Assembly (NCBI RefSeq): GCF_006345805.1
Contig: NW_021836479.1
Coordinates: forward strand, 1 to 26,997
DNA: 26,997 nucleotides
Direction: 5' to 3'
Origin: Octopus sinensis
Taxonomy: Eukaryota
A model generated the notes under the pieces. That model saw only the letters and a list, made by a program, of their open reading frames with translations, was not told where the DNA came from and made no database searches. Shown here in pieces: positions 19,314 through 26,997 of this stretch. The translations under genes were made by a program, and so were the position numbers. Each line of letters begins with the position of its first letter. Positions within the stretch are counted from its first letter, which is position 1.

Positions 19314-19470
19314 AGGGTTTACGAAAAAACAAAAGACGAAGACAGGTGGTGTACAAAACAAACAGATGTATTAGTATAACGCTCAGGAATAGAAAAAGTC
19401 TTTTACGTTTCGAGCCTACCTACGCTCTTCAACAAAGGAACACAGAAAGAAACATGGAGAGAAAAATATG
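19311..19470 (-). mobile_element. Probable Penelope-like element terminal-repeat remnant within TA microsatellite
   Basis: A short complex-sequence island between TA-rich tracts that carries a minimal hammerhead-like motif. The family call is inferred from that motif. Confidence 0.5.
19396..19440 (-). ncRNA. Degenerate minimal (Penelope-type) hammerhead motif
   Basis: Minus strand reads TTCCT-TTGTTGA-A-GAGC(GTAGGTAG)GCTC-GAAACGT-A-AAAGAC. Stem II and GAAACGUH are intact. The CUGANGA box and stem I are damaged. Confidence 0.45.
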
Positions 19471-19502
19471 TGTGTATGTATGTATGTATATATATTGTAT
19501 AA

Positions 19503-19539
<37 letters not shown>

Positions 19540-19829
19540 TATATATGTGTATATATTTGTGTTTGTGTGTGTGAGTGTTAGTTGAAAAGAAAGAATTATC
19601 TGAAGTTGTCTGCTGGAGAAGAGTAAAAAAAAAAAACCATTGAAAGGGAAAATTAGAAACATAAAAAGCAGGAACCAAACTTTTTAAAGAATAAAAATAC
19701 ATTTAGGAAGTTTTTAGATTGATAAAGGAGAAACAAATAACTGTAAGATTGAGGGAGATCATTTGTGGGGGCAGCTGTGTGTTGGAAAGGGGCTCCATGT
19801 ATGTATAAGGAACAGGAGTCTTGACTGCT

Positions 19830-20156
19830 ATTTCTAGCAGGTCTAGCTACCATGTAGAGGTTTCCCTCATTGGCTCATACATACATATATACATAGATAA
19901 GAGAGTAGGGTGTGATTTGAGGGAGATTTGGCTGCTATTTCTACCAGCTCTAGCTACCATGTAGAGGTTTCCCTCATTGGCTCATACATACATATATACA
20001 TAGATAAGAGAGTAGGGTGTGATTTGAGGGAGATTTGGCTGCAATTTCTAGCAGGTCTAGCCACCATGTAGAGGTCTCCCTCATTGGCTCATACATACAT
20101 ATATACATAGATAAGAGAGTAGGGTGTAATTTGAGGAAGATTTGGCTGCTATTTCT
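19830..20156 (+). repeat. Three tandem 107-bp units
   Basis: Units start at 19830, 19937 and 20044, with a partial fourth at 20151. Units 2 and 3 differ from unit 1 at 3-4 positions. Confidence 0.95.
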
Positions 20157-20549
20157 TTTAAAAGCAATCACACAACCACCAACCACCACTACCACCATTT
20201 CTTAAAGTCACATCATTATGAATTCACCACCACCACAACCTCCACAACCACCACCAGCACAGCTACTGCTTTATACCCAACACTCCAGCCCCCAAACCCC
20301 ACCGCACCCAACCATGTCTCTACTCCCCCCAGCCCCTTCCTCGTCCCCCAACCTGTCACTGCAATCCCAGCCTTTCTATTCCAAAGAGGAATCTTTTTGC
20401 TATAAATAACCGTTGTCCTCATTTGTCACTCTCTCTGGTTTCTGTTTCTCTTCTTCAGTTTAGAGACGGAGTTTCTTGGAGAAGATTTTTTCTTTGATTA
20501 TTTTTAGAGGGTTTTTTTCTTCTTCTCTGGTTCCATTTGTCTTCTGCCG

Positions 20550-20586
20550 ATATATACACACACACATATACATAGGCATATATATT

Positions 20587-20617
<31 letters not shown>

Positions 20618-20702
20618 ACATACACTAACCTACTTTAGTGTGTGTGTATATATATATACATATATATTAATATATGGACATAAATACATATACGCGTACA
20701 TA

Positions 20703-20790
<88 letters not shown>

Positions 20791-20899
20791 TTATATATAT
20801 ATACATATATATATATATTACATATATATATATATATACATATAGATTATATATATACATATATATATACATATATATATATATACATATATATTAAAT

Positions 20900-20951
<52 letters not shown>

Positions 20952-21470
20952 ATATAATATATATATACATATATATATATATACATAATATATTATATAT
21001 ATATTTACATATTTATATATATATATACACACACACACATATATGCATAAGTATTTATATATATGCATATATGCATAAATATATATATGTTGTGTATATA
21101 TATATATGTATATATATATAATATATATATATTGTATGTATAGTATGTACGTGTGTATAGTATGTATGTATGTATGTTTGCTTAAGCCATTTCAAATTCT
21201 ACTTTATAACAAGCTGAGTGTTCAATATACATAGTTACACATTTGTGTAAACAAACAAACATTGTGTATATATATGTGTGCTTGCGTACATACATTTGTA
21301 TGTGTATATATACAGCTGTATACACATGTATATATATATGTATATAGTATATAGCACAATATATAGGTATAGAGAAATATATATATAATAATATATATAA
21401 TATATATAGGGGAAGTGTGTATATTAATGTATATTTATGTATATGTGTGTTTCTGTATATGATGCTTATG
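20550..21470. repeat. (TA)n-dominated microsatellite
   Basis: Direct inspection. Confidence 0.95.
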
Positions 21471-21684
21471 TTTTGTGCATATAAGGAGAGAAAAAGAGAG
21501 AGAGAGAGAATGCGAGGGAGAGAGAGAGAGAGAATGCGAGGGAGAGAGAGAGATAAAGATAATCCCAGTTAAGCATTAATCTTTGTGAAGGTTGATCTAT
21601 CAATCGAAACTCTTCCATTTGTATTTTGATATTTTCCCGCCTCTTTATCTTGTTATCTATCTCCTCACCACGACAGGCCCCTTT

Positions 21685-21833
21685 GTCTGTCTGCCTGTCT
21701 GCCTGATTGCCTGTCTGTCTGTCTGTCTGTTTGTCTGTTGTTGTATTTACCTGCCTACCGATTTACCTATTTATATAGCCATCCTTTTATCGTCAATCTA
21801 TCTCCCTTTCTGTCTGCCGGCCTTCCTATCTAT

Positions 21834-21871
<38 letters not shown>

Positions 21872-21920
21872 ATCTGTCTGTCTGTCTGCCTGTCTATCTA
21901 TCTGTCTGTCTGTCTATCTA

Positions 21921-21953
<33 letters not shown>

Positions 21954-22345
21954 ATCTATCCATCTGTCTGTCTATCTAGCTCTTTCTCTGTCACTGTGTT
22001 TCTCTCTCTATCTGTCTGTCCTTCTCTCTCTCTCTATCTACCTCTGTTTGTCTGTCTGTCTGTCTGTCTATCTATCTGTCTATCGTTGTCTATCTGTCTG
22101 TCTATCTGTCTGTCTGTCTGTCTATCTATCTGTCTGTCTGTCTGTCTGTGTCTGTCTGTCTGTCTGTCTGTCGTCTGTCTAATCTATATGTTGTTATCTG
22201 TCTGTCTGTCTGTCTATCTTCTTCGGTCTCTATGTCGTTGTCTTGTTCGGTCTTATCTGTCTGTCTGTATGTCTGTCGGTCTGTCTGTCTGTCTGTCTGT
22301 TGGTCTATCTATTATCTATCTGTCTGTCTGTCTTTCTATCAGTCC
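21685..22345. repeat. (TCTG)n/(TCTA)n tetranucleotide array
   Basis: Direct inspection. It is the source of the LSVC-repeat ORFs. Confidence 0.95.
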
Positions 22346-22651
22346 ATCTATCCACCCTCTCATCCACCCCTCCATACAAAAATCTCTCTCTTTCCTCTTG
22401 CACATCTCACCGCTGTGTAAGTTAGCCATCTTTGTAAGCAACATCCACTTCCAATATGGAGACCTGATACTTAAACAGTTCTCTGGTCTTCCAGTGGACT
22501 CAGACCTGGAACCAGTTGGCCACCACCTGCAAAGGCCAGCTGGATGAAGGGCCTGTAGCCTCTTCTTCCCCAACTCTCTGCAGTGACATTCTAAAGCAGA
22601 CTTCCTCTCAACAGATGGCTGATAACATTTCACACCCATTGATATTTATTT

Positions 22652-23283
22652 TGATGTTGAGGAGACCTTATTGAGTCAAGTACATCAACATCAAAATAAA
22701 TATCAAATGGAAATTGTAGTTGTGATCCCTGTCTGTGCCAGTGGCACGTAAAAAGCACCATCTGAACGTGGCCAATGCCAGCGCTGCCTTGACTGGCTTC
22801 TGTGCCAGTGGCACTTAAAAAGCACCAATCGATCGTGGCCGCTGCCAGCCTCCCCTGGCACCTGTGCTGGTGGCACGTAAAAAGCACCAATCGATCGTGG
22901 CCGCTGCCAGCCTCCCCTGGCACCTGTGCTGGTGGCACGTAAAAAGCACCAACCGATCGTGGTTGCTGCCATCCTCCCCTGGCACCTGTACCGGTGGCAC
23001 GTAAAAAGCACCAACCGATTGTGGCTGCTGCCAGCCTCCCCTGGCACCTGTACCGGTGGCACGTAAAATGCACCAACCGATTGTGGCTGCTGCCAACCTC
23101 CCCTGGCACGTAAAAAGCACCCACTACACTCACGGAGTGGCTGGCATTAGGAAGGGCATCCAGCTGTAGAAAATCTGCCAGATCAGACTGGAGCCTGGTG
23201 CAACCTCCTGGCTTCCCAGACCCCGGTCGAACCGTCCAACCCATGCCAGCATGGAAAGCGGACGTTAAATGATGATGATGATA
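22652..23283 (+). mobile_element. RTE 3'-tail fragment with about 6 units of the 62-bp minisatellite
   Basis: TTGAGGAGACC.TATTGAGTCAAGTACATCAACATC...CGGACGTTAAATGATGATG is the reverse complement of the 17950-18345 tail, with an expanded repeat at 22735-23120. Confidence 0.85.
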
Positions 23284-23454
23284 ACATTTAATGGCAACAT
23301 TAACTTGTAGATCCAACAAACAAACAACACCAAATCCTTGACTGGTCAACTTCCAACTGAAGATTTTCAACCATTGAACAACTCACCAATTCCTCTTCCA
23401 TGGCATCTCATTTTCTGCTCAGCTTCCTCTTAGTGATAGGTCTTTTATTCTTAA

Positions 23455-23676
23455 CCCTTTTGATGCCAACCTGGCTGAAACCACTTTTGGCTCTGTAGTA
23501 CAAATGCCTTGTTTTCAAAAGTCCTCAATTAAAATCTTCCACCAAACCTTAGTCACAATTTATGTTCCTAACACTAGCTTAATGATAACGAAGTTATTTG
23601 ACTAAATTCTTTGTTAAATTTAAAATTAATTGCAAGAAACACAAAACATCTCAACAGAAATACACTAATGAAAGGG
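23455..23676. mobile_element. piggyBac-type non-autonomous element (MITE), 222 bp
   Basis: TTAA|CCCTTTTGAT...ATGAAAGGG|TTAA. TTAA duplications at 23451-23454 and 23677-23680 with CCCTTT/AAAGGG termini. Confidence 0.8.
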
Positions 23677-23680
23677 TTAA

Positions 23681-23960
23681 GGCTTTTTTCTTCAAACTGC
23701 TGCTTTCTGGAACTACCACCTTCTTGCTTTCTAATTCTTCTTTCTGCCAGGCTGTAGTCTTTGGCCCCTCATCAAAATCTGTCTCCATTCCCTGGCCATT
23801 GTTCCATTGAACTTTCTCATCCAGGATCCTCTTATCAACACCCCTAAATGTGTCTCCCACATTTCTTCTCAGACACATCCTTTCTCTATTCCGTTTCCTC
23901 TCAGCCATAAATCTTTTTCTTCCAACAGCTCCTTTCCTAGAACGTCTTCTCCCTGGAATT
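23681..23960 (-). pseudogene. Possible ancient LINE (RTE-like) ORF fragment
   Basis: Open frame ...CLR...KRILDEKVQW...EGP loosely resembles the RTE endonuclease-RT linker (CVR..RLLNEENEW..EGP). The similarity is weak. Confidence 0.25.
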
Positions 23961-24142
23961 CACACCATTATTTCATTTCTTATTTCGTACTCAGGTTGTT
24001 CACATGATGGCCCCCTCCTCTTTCTACTCAGTTGCAGTCTTGTGATATGCACTGATATAAACCCTCTAATAAAAGCCAGAAACATATGTACCGCTAAATC
24101 CTTTGCATCATGTTTTTATTTTGATAAAAATATATATATATT

Positions 24143-24545
24143 GGCTGTGTGGTAAGTAGCTTGCTAACCAGCCACATGGTTCAGGGTTCAGTCCCACTGC
24201 GTGGCACCTTGGGCAACTGTCTTCTACTATAGCCTCGGGCCGACCAATGCTTTGTGAGTGGATTTGGTAGACGGAAACTGAAAGAAGCCTGTCGTATATA
24301 TGTATATATATATGCATGTGTGTGTATATGTTTGTGTCTGTGTTTGTCCCTCTAGCATTGCTTGACAACCGATGCTGGTGTGTTTACATCCCCGTCACTT
24401 AGCGGTTTGGCAAAAAGAGACCGATAGAATAAGTACTGGGCTTACAAAGAATAAGTCCCGGGGTCGAGTTGCTCGACTAAAGGCTGTGCTCCAGCAGCGG
24501 CCGCAGTCAAATGACTGGACAACAAGTAAAAGAGTAAAAGAGTAA
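24143..24545 (+). mobile_element. SINE family B, full length
   Basis: Complete head, body and 3' end, close to 11991-12358. Confidence 0.9.
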
Positions 24546-24844
24546 ATGATTCCAGAAGGTTCTACTAAATAATGACTTTACAGTAAAAAATGGGATGGTC
24601 AGAATGGAACGTTTTTGATATAGGTCTATTTACTGTAACAGGACTGACCTAGGGCTAAACCTCAACTAACGCCCACAATACTAACTCCTGTACTTACATT
24701 AGATAGTGTAGTCCTAGATACACTAACGTCTCTCCAACCCATAAAATGATTTATGTGTTTTGCAATAAAGATGTTTTAGTTTTTCATCAAAAAGTGAAGA
24801 TTATTATTATTGTGGGGGGAAAAGTGGAGGGGGTTACAGCAATA

Positions 24845-24970
24845 GTGGGGGTGGGGGTGGTGGCGGTGGTGGCGGTGGTGACAATGATGATATTATTGGT
24901 GATGATGATGGTGATGGCTGTGGTGGTGGTGGTGGTGATGGTTGTGATGATGGTGATGAGGATAATGATG

Positions 24971-25002
<32 letters not shown>

Positions 25003-25060
25003 AATAGTGATGATGATGATGATGATGGCTGTGATGATGATGGTGGTGATGGTGATGACA
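24845..25060. repeat. (GGT)n/(GAT)n microsatellite
   Basis: Direct inspection. Confidence 0.9.
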
Positions 25061-25309
25061 CACTGTTCTCAATTATTTTAAACCTAACAACAGTTTTTAT
25101 GTGAAACTTATTAAAGCACCACCAGAGCTTGCTGCTTTCTCACCCTTCTCCAACCATGACCTCTCCTGCTGACATCCGACCCCGCAAACTGTACATCAAA
25201 CACCTCAATATCTCCAGGTTGGGAGTGGTGGTGGTGGTGTGAGGTGATGGCTGGCTCTTTGGGCTCTGTCCCCTCTGCCTTCATGCCCCCACCCCCATTG
25301 TCTTAGAAA

Positions 25310-25815
25310 TCACACACACACACACATTTATACTGGTCTATGGAGATTTGCGCTTGTGTATATAGGGTGTGTGTATATGTATGTAGGTGTATATATATAT
25401 ATAGTATGTGTGTGTGTGTGTGTATGTATGTGAATGTGTGTATGTGGGTGTGTGTGGTGTCTGTATGTGTGTGTGTGTGTATGTGAATGTGTGTGTGTGT
25501 GTGTTGTGTATGTGTGTGGGTGTATGTGAATGTGTGTGTGTGTATGTTGGTGTGTGCGTTAGTGTAAATATGTATATGTTTATATGTTGGTGTGTGTATA
25601 TGTGTGTGTGAGTGTATATATATAAATGTTTATATGCTGGTGTGTATGTATATATGTGTGTGTGAGTGGATGTATATGTGTGTGTACACATATATACATA
25701 TAGACACATGATACACATGCACACACTTACACATATACACGTGTGTAGATTTGTTTTGGGTGTATAGGCATGTGTAGTATAGATATGTCTGTGTGTGTGG
25801 AGGTGTGTGTATGCA
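25310..25815. repeat. (TG)n/(TA)n/(CA)n microsatellite
   Basis: Direct inspection. Confidence 0.9.
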
Positions 25816-25824
25816 TTATACGAG

Positions 25825-26085
25825 CAAATGTTTAAAGCGTTTGTTACCACAATGTTCTGGGTTCAATCCTAGAACCTCACATCTTCAAATAATTTCCTGT
25901 CTTAGTTCGACCCAAACATTTCAAGATAGAAACTGTGTTGAAGCCTCTCGAATAGATTGTATTTGTAATCCAAATGGTACAGCTCTGAGACAGACACTGC
26001 TGCTATCCTGGTTCTGGCTGGAAACTATGTTAAGAGTACAGGTGTCTGTGGTATACTCAGCTTGTCAGATGTTAATTTAAGGAGT
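25825..26085 (+). mobile_element. Possible old tRNA-derived SINE
   Basis: B box-like GGGTTCAATCCT at about 25859, after a degenerate A box. The body is not matched to another full copy here. Confidence 0.35.
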
Positions 26086-26507
26086 TTGGTGGTGGAGATG
26101 ACCATTGTCCAACTGAGCATATAATAATAATACTGAAATTATTGTATACAGTGCTCAGGTGCACCACAACTTGTCAGAAAGTGCGTATAAAGTACATGCA
26201 GTAATGTAGAAATGTCTGGAAAGCGATGTTTGTCGTTCAGGCACCGTCCCTCTCCTCTATTGACAATGATGATGATGATGATGATGATGATATATGTTCT
26301 CTGATGAGAATCCAATAAGGTTCGAACATCGATTAAGCTTGATCATCATTTTTTTTCAGTCTGCAGAGAAAAGGCTAAAATTTGCCCTGAATATAATTAT
26401 AACCTATGTTAAATACATATATATATGTATGTATGTGTGTGTGTGTGTGGTGTGTGGCTTGTGTGTGTGTGGTGTGTGTGTGGTGTGTGTGTATGTATGT
26501 ATTGTAT

Positions 26508-26643
26508 AGGTGCAGGAGGGCTGTGTGGTAAGTAGCTTGCTAAACCAACACATGGTTCTGGGTTAGTCCCACTGCGTGGCACCTTGGGCAAGTGTTCTTC
26601 TGCTATAGCCCTGGCCGACCAATGCCTTGTGAGAGGATTTGGT
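26508..26643 (+). mobile_element. SINE family B, 5' part
   Basis: GGCTGTGTGGTAAGTAGCTTGC...CCCACTGCGTGGCACCTTGGGCAAG...GGATTTGGTA. Confidence 0.85.
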
Positions 26644-26645
26644 AT

Positions 26646-26689
<44 letters not shown>

Positions 26690-26975
26690 ATGCACACTCA
26701 CACACTTGCACATACACACATATATTCACCACACACTGTACACAACACATATATGCACACACACACAAACATAGAAACATTCATACTCGTACAGTTATAT
26801 ATTGATATACGTCATATATTAAGATGTGTATAGGTTCACACACACATATCTGCATATATATATCCGCACAAAATATACACACATATGTGCATAGATATAT
26901 ATATATATATATATATATACATACACACACACATGTATATATTACACACATACACATGTTGATGTGTGTGTATAT
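26644..26975. repeat. (TA)n/(CA)n low-complexity tract
   Basis: Direct inspection. Confidence 0.85.
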
Positions 26976-26997
26976 TTCTCCCTGTTTTAAAACTTCA

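Noticed and set aside
21592-22547. LSVC-repeat ORFs of 196-269 aa
   Set aside because: They are translations of (TCTG/TCTA)n.

Overview
This is eukaryotic, gene-poor, repeat-saturated DNA. The repeat families (tRNA-headed SINEs, RTE-LINE 3' tails ending in (ATG)n, very long TA/CA/AAT/GGT microsatellites) resemble those of coleoid cephalopods such as Octopus; that assignment is my inference, not a database result. I found no credible intact host protein-coding gene. Almost all long ORFs in the track are translations of microsatellites. Recognisable protein remnants are all from transposons: an internally deleted mariner (3742-4929, both TIRs, TA TSDs, nested SINE), a 5'-truncated R4/Dong-type LINE inside a TAA array (8661-9148), and a 5'-truncated RTE LINE (17950-19030). 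The window also holds at least three SINE families, two Helentron/HINE-like elements and a TTAA piggyBac-type MITE. Four items stand out. (i) A nearly complete type I hammerhead ribozyme fold in non-microsatellite sequence (2029-2079, minus strand; U16.1 replaced by G), with two further degenerate hammerhead-like motifs at about 19400 and 26300. (ii) A 52-bp-stem hairpin with regularly spaced, mostly same-base mismatches, present twice (13815-13929 and 14902-15018). (iii) The ~390-bp direct repeat carrying that hairpin, which brackets an RTE tail like a giant target-site duplication. (iv) A 60-bp-arm palindrome between TA arrays (3485-3613). SINE family labels A/B/C are my own working names.
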